Shown here: one piece after another, positions 1 through 11,440 of the stretch | Layout of the letters: every line of letters begins with the position of its first letter | Numbering within the stretch: the first letter of the stretch is position 1 | Source of the DNA: Chara braunii | Lineage: Eukaryota; Plantae; Charophyceae | Direction: 5' to 3' | Assembly: GCA_003427395.1 (NCBI GenBank) | Contig: BFEA01000001.1 | Location: forward strand, 8,329,887-8,393,886 | Length of the DNA stretch: 64,000 nt | Notes under the pieces: generated by a model | What the model was told of the DNA's origin: nothing | What the model saw: the letters and a program-made list of their open reading frames with translations, nothing else | Databases searched by the model: none | Translations under genes and position numbers: made by a program

Positions 1-73
1 TATCTACCTATCTATCTATCTATATTTGAACAGGGGGAGTTGTAAGCTTGTAAGTAAGAAGATTAAAAATGAA

Positions 74-235
74 TTCATATCTTTCTTGTTTCCTTTTTTT
101 TTTTTTTTTTNACTTTTGTGCTCTGATATCTCTGTGACGATTGATTGCATAGCCATCCCTATGCAATCAATCGTCACAAAGATATCAGAGCACAAAAGCA
201 GAAAAAAAAAAAAAAGGAAACAAGAAAGATATGAA
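74..235. repeat. Near-perfect ~160-bp palindrome (fold-back)
   Basis: ttcatatctttcttgtttcc-polyT-cttttgtgctctgatatctctgtgacgattgattgcatag is mirrored by ctatgcaatcaatcgtcacaaagatatcagagcacaaaag-polyA-ggaaacaagaaagatatgaa around a short loop. Confidence 0.9.
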
Positions 236-298
236 GTCCTCGTCTTGCCTCCCGTTTGCATTGTCTGTTGTCGTTCAATTTTCTCTTTTTTTGAATCT

Positions 299-348
<50 letters not shown>

Positions 349-1049
349 CTCTCTCTTATTGATTGAGGAACAATGTGCATGCTGAATGTGGAGTAGCTAC
401 AACTATGGGAGTTCTTGTCTTAGTACCTACCCATGGCTGAGTGCAGTGCGGAGGGTGCCGGACGTACATGGTCAGGATCACGAACGAGTTCAGGGTCGGT
501 AAGCGACGAGGCGTCGTCGATCAGCAGCTCTTTCTCCCCCAAACGCTTCCTCCCCTTCTCCTCGTCCCTCCTTCCCTCTTTATTAGACGATCGACTGTAA
601 GGATTCGTCAGCTCCAGCCCCCCCTATGTCCTTCTCTTCTTCTCTCTCTGTCCCTCCCCTCCCCCTCCCGCCTTCCCTTCGTTAGACAATCACGTGTCCA
701 GGATCACCAGCTCCACGTTCCTCCTCCTCCTCCTCCTCCTCCTCCTCCTCCTCCTCCTCGTCAATCAACTCCTTATCCCCCATCTCCACCTTGTCCACTT
801 CCCTCCCCGAGCTCTTCGATGGCATGGATCCGATTTGGCATAGCGTGCTATAGTAATCCCGCGTTCACAGGGCGAGATGGGTGTCCTCCACCCTCCTCCT
901 CCTCCTCCTCCTGCTCCTCCTCCTCCTCCTCCTGCTCCTCCTCCTCCTCCTCCTGCGGCTGATTTCCACCTCCTCTTTCTAACCTATGGACGTTGATCGA
1001 CAAAATATGCCAGTGGCACCCCGCTCGCCCTGTTGAACGTTGGGCCATC

Positions 1050-2070
1050 CATGTGGCACCCACGTGGGACCGACGTGGGACCCACGTGGGACCGACGTGG
1101 GACCCACGTGGGACCGACGTGAGACCCACGTGGCGGCATTCCTGTTAGTATACATCGATCGATTGTTGGATCCGTGGATATAACGATAGCACGAATAGTT
1201 GCGAGGGGGGGTTGTTATGTCTTTTCGATGGCGTCCACGCGTCATCCACGCGTCATCCACGCGTCATCCACGTGGCATCCACGTGGCAGCTTTTACGTGA
1301 ATTACTAAATGTATGTAGATCGATTGTCAGATCGGAGGACAAGACGATAGCAAGCTTAGTTGCGAGGGATGTTTTTTACGTCTTTTGATCTTGCGAGGAA
1401 GCACGTTTGCATAGGCTGTGCCCTCCAGAGACGCTGCTGAAGCCATCTAATGAGAGCGACGTTGGAAGGTGCGTGACTCTATCTGTAGTGAAAGAGCAGA
1501 AGCTTTTTTTTTTTTTTCGTGTGTGTGTGCCCGCTGAAGCTCTCCTTCCACTGTAGGCAATAGCAAAGGTGCTGAATCCTGTCGTAAAGACTCTTGTTTT
1601 GATGGCATCCACGTGGCATCTTTGATTGCATTCATCCAGCTGGCCTTCTTTGATGGCCTCCTCTCTTTGATGGCCTCTTCTCTTTGATGTCCTCTTCTCT
1701 TTGATGTCCTCTTCTCTTTGATGTCCTCCTCTTTGATGTCCTCCTCTTTGATGTCCTCTTCTCTTTGATGTCCTCCTCTTTGATATCCTCCTCTTTGATG
1801 TCCTCCTCTTTGATGACATCCAAGTGGAATCTTTGATGGCCTTCAGGTGGCCTCTTTGATGGCCTCCTCTTTGATGTGATTCAGGTGTCATCTTCGAGGC
1901 CTCTTTGATGATGTCCACTTGGCATCTTTACTGGCATCCACGTGGCATCTTTAATCGCATCCAGCTGGCCTCTTTCATGATATCCACTTGGCATCTTTCC
2001 TGGCATCCACGTGGCATCCTTAATCGCATCCAGCTGCAGTGGCCTCTTTGACGGCCTCTTTGATGGCATT
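1050..2070. repeat. Minisatellite cluster (20-bp, 11-bp and ~15-bp units)
   Basis: Tandem cccacgtgggaccgacgtgg (1060-1130), ccacgcgtcat (1236-1290) and ctctttgatgtcctc (1650-1880). Confidence 0.9.
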
Positions 2071-2549
2071 CAATGTGACACTTACTTAATGGGAGATGTC
2101 GAAAAGGCCTCTTTAATCGAAGGCGAAGCCTTGTCCGCCACGAATCATGTTCTCTGCCAGGCGGGAAAAAAGAGGCTTGCGTTGTGATTACGGCATTGTG
2201 GTAAGCTCCTTTCTGGACTCCTCCTCCTCCTCCTCCTCCGGGGGTGAGTCCCACTGGCAAAGAGGATTGGATTAAGCTCCTGAGTCTGGACGTGGTTCTT
2301 GATAAGATGGGCAGAAAAGCAGTTCAGTCTCGAATCTCTGCATCTTTCCATGGACACGTGAGTCTATATTCAGGTGGTCAATCAACTTTTCTTTGCTAGT
2401 GGGACCTAGGCCCGGATCAGTAGTTCGGTTTCATTTATGTATTTTGTTCTCAAAAAATTTTAACTACATGGCAGAACGCCAGTTAAAAAAGATATGTGTG
2501 AGTTGAGAGAAAAAATATATGGCTGTCCCCTATGAGGAGAAGGCAGCTT

Positions 2550-2585
<36 letters not shown>

Positions 2586-2913
2586 ATGCGATGCGTCCGA
2601 CAAGTCTCATGTTGTGTGAGCCGCCCTTAAGAAAAAAGGCGCCCAAAGCGAAAAATGCGCCTTTAAAAAAAAAAGAAAAAGAGTCGCATCAATAAACCGG
2701 CGCTTTTCTCCATACATTGAATTGAATTAAAAAAAAAAACAAAAAAAAAAAAACAAAATACCCGCGCAATTACAAAGGTGGTGCATTCTTTGAATGCTTA
2801 GGGGAGGGCTATATTATGCTAAATTGCTAATCACTTAAGCTCCGTTCGTTCCAATTTCGACTTCGAGGGCTGAAATCGAGAAACTCACAAATTGTCCCAT
2901 ATTTTTGGTCCTT

Positions 2914-3083
2914 CAGGGGCGAGGTCCCACTAGCAAAGAGGATTGGATTGAACGCCTTAATTTGGCCGCGTTTTCGGACAAGTGCAGAAAATTGAGATTC
3001 AACTCCTTTTCTGCATCTCTGCCTAAAACATGCCCAGATTCAGGATCTTAATCCAATCCCCGTTGCTAGTGGGACCATGCTCC
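2914..3083. mobile_element. ~170-bp MITE family (other copies ~2238-2414 and ~7033-7206)
   Basis: Terminal inverted repeats ggggcgaggtcccactagcaaag / ttgctagtgggacc shared by three dispersed copies; ends approximate. Confidence 0.7.
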
Positions 3084-3251
3084 AGGACGGGCCCGTTAAG
3101 TTGAAAGGAAACAGAAATTGTTTAATAATAATAATAATAATAAAATAAATAATAATAAAAATTTATTATTATTATTAAAAAAAGGCGCACAGTACATTTT
3201 GGTCATGGTCCGGCACCTGTCTAGACCCCCCTCCGCATTATAACTTCAGGC

Positions 3252-3429
3252 CTCGCCACACCACTGTGGAAACGAAAAAAAGAGTACGTGGGAATGCATT
3301 TTCCCGCAAAGACTGGCAAAATGCATCCGTTGCTATTCATCCGTTACTATGAATAGCAACGGATGCACCAAACCAGGTTCTGGGGAAGATGCATTCCCAC
3401 GTTTCTTTGGTCGACAGCGGTGTGGCGAG
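3252..3429. repeat. Fold-back element with a perfect internal hairpin
   Basis: Arms ctcgccacacc..acgtgggaatgcat / atgcattcccacgt..ggtgtggcgag; core tgcatccgttgctattcat / atgaatagcaacggatgca. Confidence 0.75.
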
Positions 3430-4759
3430 CCCCTTACTAATCATTTGAATTTTACACTCGAAGCTAATAATAACTGTGTCGACCCAAGACGAGTAGGAAT
3501 GCATCTTCCGCAGAACCTGGTTGGATGCATCCCCGTTTAATCAACTGGTGGTGGTGGAAGGTTCGAAGTCTGACAAGGAAGTCTGATTTTTCTGTGAAAG
3601 GGAAAAAAAAAAAAAAAAAAAGGCGTGGGATATTNNNNNNNNNNNNNNNNNNNNNNNNNNNNNNNNNNNNNNNNNNNNNNNNNNNNNNNNNNNNNNNNNN
3701 NNNNNNNNNNNNNNNNNNNNNNNNNNNNNNNNNNNNNNNNNNNNNNNNNNNNNNNNNNNNNNNNNNNNNNNNNNNNNNNNNNNNNNNNNNNNNNNNNNNN
3801 NNNNNNNNNNNNNNNNNNNNNNNNNNNNNNNNNNNNNNNNNNNNNNNNNNNNNNNNNNNNNNNNNNNNNNNNNNNNNNNNNNNNNNNNNNNNNNNNNNNN
3901 NNNNNNNNNNNNNNNNNNNNNNNNNNNNNNNNNNNNNNNNNNNNNNNNNNNNNNNNNNNNNNNNNNNNNNNNNNNNNNNNNNNNNNNNNNNNNNNNNNNN
4001 NNNNNNNNNNNNNNNNNNNNNNNNNNNNNNNNNNNNNNNNNNNNNNNNNNNNNNNNNNNNNNNNNNNNNNNNNNNNNNNNNNNNNNNNNNNNNNNNNNNN
4101 NNNNNNNNNNNNNNNNNNNNNNNNNNNNNNNNNNNNNNNNNNNNNNNNNNNNNNNNNNNNNNNNNNNNNNNNNNNTTTTTTTTTTTTGGTTCTATCGCTG
4201 AAGTCAGTCGACCGTGTTTTTAAGGAAGGTCGCTCGATTTCTCTCTCTCTCTCTCTCTCTCCCCCCAAAAAACATAACTCGCTACAGGCATTCGAAGGAC
4301 GTGGCTAAAAAAAAGAAATGTGGATAAGTATTGTCGGAGATTTTTTGGATATCAAAAAAAAAAAAAAGAGAGGTGGATAAGTATTGTCGGAGATTTTTTG
4401 GATATCAAAAAAAAAAAAAAAGAGATGTGGACAAGTACTATCGGAGATTTTGGATACTATAAATATCGAAATGAGGCTCCATATTATTAAAAAAAAAAAA
4501 AAAGTTCGTAACAGAAATCTTTCACCGTACTGCTGGACTGGGTAAGAGATCGATAACCGGAAGGAGGGGGGGGGGGTTGGGGGNGGAAATAAAAAATCGA
4601 CAATCTTTCTACTACCCTCATGCCTTTTTAAGCCTCGAGAGCCGCGCGCGAATCGTGCAACAATTTTTTTTTTGCAGCCGACGCTTCGTTCAAACAAACA
4701 TGTTTTTTTCTATATTTTCCCCATTTTCCCAAATAAATTAAATTGAATAACGATAAGAG

Positions 4760-5230
4760 GGCCCTCGCTCCACTGCTCTCAACATGCACAAAAGACAAAA
4801 ATCATGGCGGTGTACCTTTCCATGTTTTAGCGCAAGATTCAGTCTCATTTTGCACATTTGCAGAGTAGTGAGCCTCGCTCCACCTATGGAAGTATTGCAT
4901 ACTCTCCCTCATGAGGTCGCTAACTGGCGGCGACCGAAACTAGTCGGGGATGCCAGCTCCTCGGTCGTCATAACGGAGGTGCAAGCTATGGAATGTGCTT
5001 CATTGTTGTATTCTGTGGATTTTTTGGACATCATTTTCACATACTCCTGCTGCGCAGTGCAGCTATGCGTTGGGCGTTCGTCGCTCTTGACCGACTTTGC
5101 TATTTTCTATAACTCGCTCCAGTACTCTCCAAATGCGCAAAATGAGAATGAATCTTCCACTAGAACATGGAAAGATACACCGCCATGATTTTTTGTCTTT
5201 TGCGCATGTCGAGAGTAGTGGAGCGAGGCC
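4760..5230. mobile_element. Inverted-repeat family with ~110-bp arms (further copies ~5455-5550 and ~49900-50150)
   Basis: 4763-4870 is the reverse complement of 5118-5228 (caaaagacaaaaatcatggcggtgta / tacaccgccatgattttttgtcttttg); the same motif occurs twice in tandem at 49.9-50.1 kb. Confidence 0.65.
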
Positions 5231-5799
5231 ACGGCGTACTAGAGAAAGGTGTCTTTTCTTCACTTTTACTTTTTTCGCGAATACATTATGTTCTTGACCG
5301 TCTCAAATTTCGTGTCGTGCAAAAAAACGTTTTTTTCTCGAATCGTTCAGACCAAAACAGTGTCGAAGGACTTCGCCAAAAAACGTTTTTTTCTCGAATC
5401 GTTCAGACCAAAACAGTGTCGAAGGACTTCGCCGCACCGCTCAAGAAAAAACCGTGCCAAAAAATGAGAATGCATCTTCCGATAAAGCATGGAACTATAC
5501 ACCGTCATATTTTTTTTGTCGTTTTGCGCAGTTGGTGAGTGGGTACGGCGAGGCACCAAGTCGACCGATTTTTTTTTGATTTTTTTTTTTTTTTTTTTTT
5601 TTTTAACACAACGCATTTCATTTCATTGCAAGAAAAAACATCGTTCGAGGCCGGGGATCCTCACAATTCACCCCGGTGTCATCCTCTGGCAGCCTCAGCC
5701 AGTTTAGCTTATACAATGATCAAACGTGAGTCCTACTCGCTTCCGGAGGAGAGAGGATCGGGGACACTTTCTTCCCCCCCCCCCCCCACCCCCTCCTCT

Positions 5800-5920
5800 T
5801 CGAGACTCGGGAATTGAGGAACGGATAGATAGAAAAAATCGGAAGGCCTTGGAAAGGAAATTCAGTCGTAAGATATATAGATCATGCCTCGTTTTTAAAT
5901 GCCGAGGCCTCAATAATTAG
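5800..5920 (+). pseudogene. Possible C-terminus of a Penelope-like element GIY-YIG ORF
   Basis: ORF ends DRKNRKALERKFSRKIYRSCLVFKCRGLNN*, resembling the R..LE...I......GLN end of PLE endonucleases; a minimal hammerhead lies ~110 nt downstream. Confidence 0.4.
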
Positions 5921-6025
5921 TACAGAAGCCTTTTTTTTTCTTTTTTTTTTTTTGAAATAACAATTAAGACCTCAATCGATCTTTTGAGACCTTCGTTGAA
6001 ACTTTCGAGAAACCTCGGAGTTACT

Positions 6026-6078
6026 CTATTCCCTCCTGATGAGGCTGGCTGGCTCCAGCCGAAACGGGTCGAGGATAG
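6026..6078 (+). ncRNA. Type I minimal hammerhead ribozyme
   Basis: Stem I ctat(tc)cctc / gaggatag; core CTGATGA 6036-6042; stem II ggctgg/ccagcc; GAAA 6061-6064; minimal stem III; GTC cleavage triplet ending at 6070. Confidence 0.88.
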
Positions 6079-7789
6079 CCAGATTCTACCGTCTTTTGGA
6101 CGGTAGGTTACCATAGCCAAGGCTATGGTGGTACTCTTCGTGTTTTCACTCTGATTATTAAGAGTATCCTATTCCGAGTTTTTCACATTTCTGGCATTTT
6201 GTCTCACTCAATGTGCTTGTGTATGCGTACTGCCGATCTGAGCACGCTGGTATTGGCGCTTCGCTCTCCTTCCCAATCCCAATCCGTTGAAACTGCAACG
6301 ATGCAGCTAATTATGATGATGATTATGATGATGATTAGCAATAATGATGATAATTATGATGATGATTAGCGTGGGCCCTACGCTCTCAAAGATGACGCGC
6401 AAGTCAAGAAATAATGCTCCCAGTACCTGCTTAGGATTTAGTTTTCGTTCATTTGTTTCCTGGGGAAAAAAAAAAAAAAGAGTAGGAAGAGGGGAAATAC
6501 GGGAAGAGAGGCAGCAGAGGAAATGTAGTCTGCTTAAAAAAAAAAAAAAAAAAAAAAAGTTGCCTTTCTCTTTCTCAACAACGTTTTCCACGCTAATGCG
6601 TTCCTCCTTTTTTTTTTATTTTTTTATTATTATTTATTTCCAACGCTAATGCCTTCCTCAACTCAATGGGTGACATAAGCGATAGAGTTTTTCAAATGTG
6701 CTGAGTTGATGAGTTGGGGGCGGCGGCGGATGATACATTTCACAGGTCCTGTTATTTCGCCCTCCTCACGGGGCCCCTTCCTTGTCTTTATGAGGATACG
6801 GGACCCCCCCTCGTTGTCTTTGTGGGGATACGGGACCCCTCGTTGACCCCGTCCCCGCCCCCACCACGTTATCTTTGTGGGGGTGTGGGATCCCCCCTGG
6901 TAGTTATTTTTATTGGGGTGTGGGATCCCCCCTGGTAGTTATTTTTATGGGCGTGTGGGAGCCCCCTAGTTATCTTTGTGGGGGTGTGGGATTCCCCCAG
7001 GTAGTGATCGTTATGGGGGTGTGGGACCCCCCCCGGGGCGAGGTCCCACTAGCGAAGGGAATAAGATAGAAATCCTGAATCTGCCTATGTTTTATTTCAG
7101 AGATACAGAAAAGCTGTTCTATCTCGATTTCCTGCTCCTGTCCTCAAACACGTCCAGATTCAGGCATTCAATCGGATGCTCTTTGCTAATGGGACCACGG
7201 CCCTGGTTATCTTTATGAGGAAGGGGGTGGCGAGGTAAAGCCGGGGGGGGGGGGTTATCTCTCGGAAATGACGCCTCGTACGGTTTGCTGTTGGCTTTGT
7301 ATTGATTGATGGGACGACCGACGTGTGGATTGCGGTTCTGGTTGTCTGCCAGAATGTCAGAAGAGCATGAGCATGCTCATGTCTTTGTCAATCCCGAGGA
7401 CTGCAACTGGTTAAAGAAAAGAGTATGCAATATATTCCATACGTGAGGAGTAGAAAAAAAGAGAAAAAAAGAGAAAAAAAGAGAAAAAAGAGAAAAAAAG
7501 AGCATGATCGGGGAGGCGCATTGTCCGTAGATCGGTCGGTAGATCGTCGGTGGACGTATCGTCGGTGCATCGCGCGTCGTGTTCTGAGGAGGAGGTGGAG
7601 GTGGAGGTGGAGGCGAAATTCTGATCGGAGGAAACAGGGGTTTGCGGAGAATGGCGCTGCGTGTGGGGTGTGTGGAGTGGGGAGTGTGGAGTTTGTGAGC
7701 GTGCATAGGAGCATAGAAAACGAGGTGGCGACAGGAATCATCTTGGCGTGTCTGATTGATTGGTTAGCTGTGTGAAGCGAGCAAGGAAT

Positions 7790-7919
7790 CGATCGATTAA
7801 TTGGTTATCGACTCCGTCGATCAATCGGTTATCAATCAATGAATCAATCGATCGATCGATCGATCATTCAGTCAATCAATTGCTACTGTTAATCGATCGA
7901 TCAATCCATCAACCAATCA

Positions 7920-7966
<47 letters not shown>

Positions 7967-8660
7967 TACTCGAACAGTCAAACAGTCGATCAATCAATCA
8001 GTAAGTCAATCAATCAGTAAATCAATAATCAGAATCAATCAATCAATCAGGTTATTTGGTGAAAGCTATTAATCGTATCTTGTTCTGTCATCCAGATCTC
8101 CTCGTCCTTTCGAAGACCTTCCTCCTTTCCCCCTTATTGTGAATGATAATCCCATTTGCCGGGCGGGCGGTGACTACCCCCTTCTTCCCTCGAATACAAC
8201 ATACGGTCATTGTAGCTGTATTTAGACTGAACGATACCCCAAATACAGCCATAATGACCCGCAATATGCCAGCGTAGCAACGGAATCTTTTTATTCAGCG
8301 TTGTACCCTCCTCTCCCATTAACCCGTCTTTGCCTTCCCCGTTCTTCGCTTCTCCTCTCCCTCCCCCCCCCCCCCCCCCCCCCCTTCTTCGCTTCTCCCC
8401 CATTACTCCGTGTTTTCTCCGACTGTCCGTATATGGGGGTATATACTGATATACAGGTTGATTGATCACTGATTGCTTGTTGATTGCTCGGTGACTGGTA
8501 GATTGACCGTAGGGGTATATACTTATGGGATTGGTTGTTGATTGGTTGATCGATCGCTGGTTGGGCGTTGATTGACTGTGATTGGCTGATTGATTGTTGA
8601 TTGATCGTTTTGATTGATTGGTGATTGGTTGGTGATTCATTCTTGGCTGATTGTCGACTG
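7790..8660. repeat. (AATC)n / (GATT)n degenerate microsatellite blocks (also 12250-13020)
   Basis: Visible tandem aatc (7790-8050) and gatt (8460-8660) arrays. Confidence 0.85.
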
Positions 8661-8878
8661 TTTCGATCGCCAGGGGGGGGGGTGGAGGCATGTGGGTCCC
8701 AGATCACCCACCACCTTTTCTGCGTACTTTTTTTTTCTTTTTTTTTTTTTTTATGCCAGGAAATCAATCCGTCGATTCCATCGTCATCTGTTTCTTCTTC
8801 CTCCCTTTGACGCGCCCTATAACTCCATGTCACCGAAGCTTTTCCTAGCGAGCAACGCCTATTCAGCGGATGCGATTC

Positions 8879-8952
<74 letters not shown>

Positions 8953-9134
8953 CTCTATCTATATATTTATCTATCTATCTCTCTGTCTCCGTCTCCCTCT
9001 CTCTTCCGCCTGTAACCGCTCAAGCATCCATCCACAGGATTATGTTTTGCCTCTATGAAGGAGCGGCGTTGTCAATCTGCTTGTGGTGGGAGGACACTTT
9101 GGGGATCTCAACTCCCAAGTCCCAACTGACAGAC

Positions 9135-9209
9135 GGGCTCTGCAGACTGTTGAGGGTTCAGCCTCCTGATGAGTCGGTGAAACTCCGACGAAACAGTTTG
9201 TCACAGCCC
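9135..9209 (+). ncRNA. Type III hammerhead ribozyme, apparently intact
   Basis: Stem III cagactgt(9143-50)/acagtttg(9193-9200), extended by gggct/agccc; GTT triplet ending 9151; stem I gagg/cctc with loop gttcag; CTGATGA 9166-72; stem II gtcgg/ccgac with loop tgaaact; GAA 9190-92. Confidence 0.9.
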
Positions 9210-9239
9210 CTCGTTTGTTGTCCTCTTCTCTCTCTCTGC

Positions 9240-9470
9240 CTACGGTTTACCGGGCAGTTCTGTTTGTGACGATATATAACCTACGGTTTACCGGGCAGTT
9301 CTGTTTGTGACGATATATATATATATACATATACATATATTCTCTCTCTATATATATATTCTCTATATATCGTCACAAACAGAACTGCCCGGTAAACCGT
9401 AGGCAGAGTCTCTATTCTCTCTCTCTGCCTACGGTTTGCGGGGCAGTTCTGTTTGACGATATATATCGTC
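9240..9470. repeat. Direct and inverted reiterations of the 3' end of the hammerhead element, within (AT)n
   Basis: cctacggtttaccgggcagttctgtttgtgacg at 9239-9271, 9280-9312, inverted at 9371-9403, and again ~9428-9458, each abutting atatat. Confidence 0.85.
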
Positions 9471-9721
9471 AAATAGTATAGTATATGATATATGATATAC
9501 TATATATATATCGTCAAATATATTACATATATTTATATAAATGAGGCGGAAAGTTGGCTTCCACATATGTAGACATGAAGTTGATGGGTTCCAATTGGGA
9601 TAAGAAAACTAACTCGAGTTAAGATGATGGTAAGTGTGTGTTTTAAGACGAGAACAGAAAAATGGTAGTGTGATTGAAGTTCAACGTGGAGGGGGAAAAA
9701 AATAAAAAAATAAAAATAAAT

Positions 9722-11440
9722 TCAACCTGGAGGAAAGAGCGCGGAGGTTGCTTCTCTAGGCTCGTGCTGGGATCGAGGTGTTGGGTCGGCCGTGGGCCGT
9801 CGTTGTCGTTTAGCTATTTTCGCTCGGATGTGGCGCCGTCCGCGCTGACCTGGTCCTCTGCACGTGATTCCGGTCCCGATGGGCATCATCCGTTCGCATC
9901 TCGCTGTAGAGGGAGGGGGAGGAGGAAGAGGAGGGGCTTCCACCAGCGGCGGTGCTGTCCATCTTCCGGCCCGGATCCTGATCTGCAGTCTTCTTGAGGT
10001 CAGTGCCCTCTCTGCGCTGGTGGTCCAGTGCAGATGATGACTTGACACGCGACTGCTTCGTTGAAGTTGTTGCTGCACTTCCTCGGACTCACCGCTCTCC
10101 TCCTCCTCCTCCTCCTCCCCCTCCTTACCGCTTTCGTCATCATCTTCTCCCCTGCTGCCGCTCGTGTTCCTGTCCTCGGCTACTCTCACATTCCCCGCGT
10201 TCAGCTGATCCCTTCCTCCTCCTCCTCCTCCTCCTCCTCCTCCTCGTTTGCCCGCATGATCACCACTCTCCTCCTCCTCCTCCTCCTCCTCCGTCTGGAT
10301 GTTATCTGTGTCGTTCCGATTGGTCACCTCCTCGTCCTCCTCCGTTCCTTCGTCGTCGGCTGTGTACGACTGCTTCTCGTTCAGCTCATCTGTCACCCTG
10401 CCGCTGCCTTTCTTGTCGGTATGGTTATCATCATCGCGATCCCGACCGATGTCGGCCACCTCCTCGTTCTCTTCGTCTTCTCCTTCCCCGTCGTTCTCAT
10501 CATAAGCCCCCTTGCTTCCCTTTCCCGTGCTGATGATGACGTGGTGGATGATGGCCACGATCGGCTCGTCGTTGTCTTCAGGGACGTCATCCTCGTTCTG
10601 GTTAAGGCGATCCCGATCCCGATCGCGAGGGGGAGGAGGAGGTGCACATCGTGAGGAGGGAAGTTGGTGCTGCTGCTTATGTGCTTCGTTCGCCTGATAC
10701 CCACTTATCCCCTCCTCCTCCTCCTCCTCCTCCTCCTCCTCCTCCTCCTCCTCCTCCTCCTCCTCATGCTCATGTTCAACTTTCTCCTCCCCCACCTCTG
10801 CCGCGTCTCTCTCCTTGCCCTCGCCCTCGCTGTCCTCCTCCTCGTCCTCAGGCTCGTATTCATGGTCATCGTTCACCTCCTCTACCTCGGCTATCTCTGT
10901 GGCCATGCCCTCGCTGTCGCCCTCGTCGTCGTCGCACTCTCCCCCGTTGCGCGCGGTGTGGGCAATGCGCGCCGTGTGGTGGTGGTCCTCCATTTCTACA
11001 GCTGCAGGTGTCCCCGCTCGGGATCCGTGTCGCGTTAAGAGCGCATTAGCGGGGTCATCGTCTTCCTCGATTTCTGGGACCGCAGGCTCTTGATGAGAGC
11101 TTGTCTGAGGTGCCAGGTCATCGGCCATGTCAGCAGCTTCGTCAGCAACCTCTTCGTCATCGTCGTCCTCATCATTATCCTCGTCATCGTCCTCTTTGAT
11201 GTGATGGGGTATTTGTAGGCGAGAAGATCGACTTCCCTTGTCAGTTCTCAGCGACAGTATCGGTGGGGTTGGGCTGGTCGTCTTCTTGGTTGTCGTCGCT
11301 GCTGAGTTCATCTTTGGCTTTGGTGCTTTTTCCTGTTCTGTTGCGTAGCTGGGAGACGCAGAGAAGCGAGCCCGAGCTGGAGGGTGGAGGCATGGACATG
11401 GTGCTTCTCGACTCTTGTGGTGTGCATTGCGTATGTACAC
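9722..11440 (-). CDS. Hypothetical acidic low-complexity ORF (572 aa); coding status uncertain
   Basis: Long open frame rich in E/D with triplet-phased repeats; no recognisable domain and no ATG at the annotated start. Confidence 0.3.
   Translation of the reverse strand: MYIRNAHHKSREAPCPCLHPPARARFSASPSYATEQEKAPKPKMNSAATTTKKTTSPTPPILSLRTDKGSRSSRLQIPHHIKEDDDEDNDEDDDDEEVADEAADMADDLAPQTSSHQEPAVPEIEEDDDPANALLTRHGSRAGTPAAVEMEDHHHTARIAHTARNGGECDDDEGDSEGMATEIAEVEEVNDDHEYEPEDEEEDSEGEGKERDAAEVGEEKVEHEHEEEEEEEEEEEEEEEEEEGISGYQANEAHKQQHQLPSSRCAPPPPPRDRDRDRLNQNEDDVPEDNDEPIVAIIHHVIISTGKGSKGAYDENDGEGEDEENEEVADIGRDRDDDNHTDKKGSGRVTDELNEKQSYTADDEGTEEDEEVTNRNDTDNIQTEEEEEEEESGDHAGKRGGGGGGGGGGRDQLNAGNVRVAEDRNTSGSRGEDDDESGKEGEEEEEEESGESEEVQQQLQRSSRVSSHHLHWTTSAERALTSRRLQIRIRAGRWTAPPLVEAPPLPPPPPSTARCERMMPIGTGITCRGPGQRGRRHIRAKIAKRQRRPTADPTPRSQHEPREATSALFPPG

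Noticed and set aside
441-500. QCGGCRTY CxxC segment followed by a gtaagc donor
   Set aside because: In-frame stop just upstream, no family recognised, and the rest of the ORF is microsatellite.
3525-4308. Long ORFs spanning N runs (also at 13.7, 20.5, 48.3, 57.1, 58.3 kb)
   Set aside because: Artefacts of assembly gaps and simple repeats.
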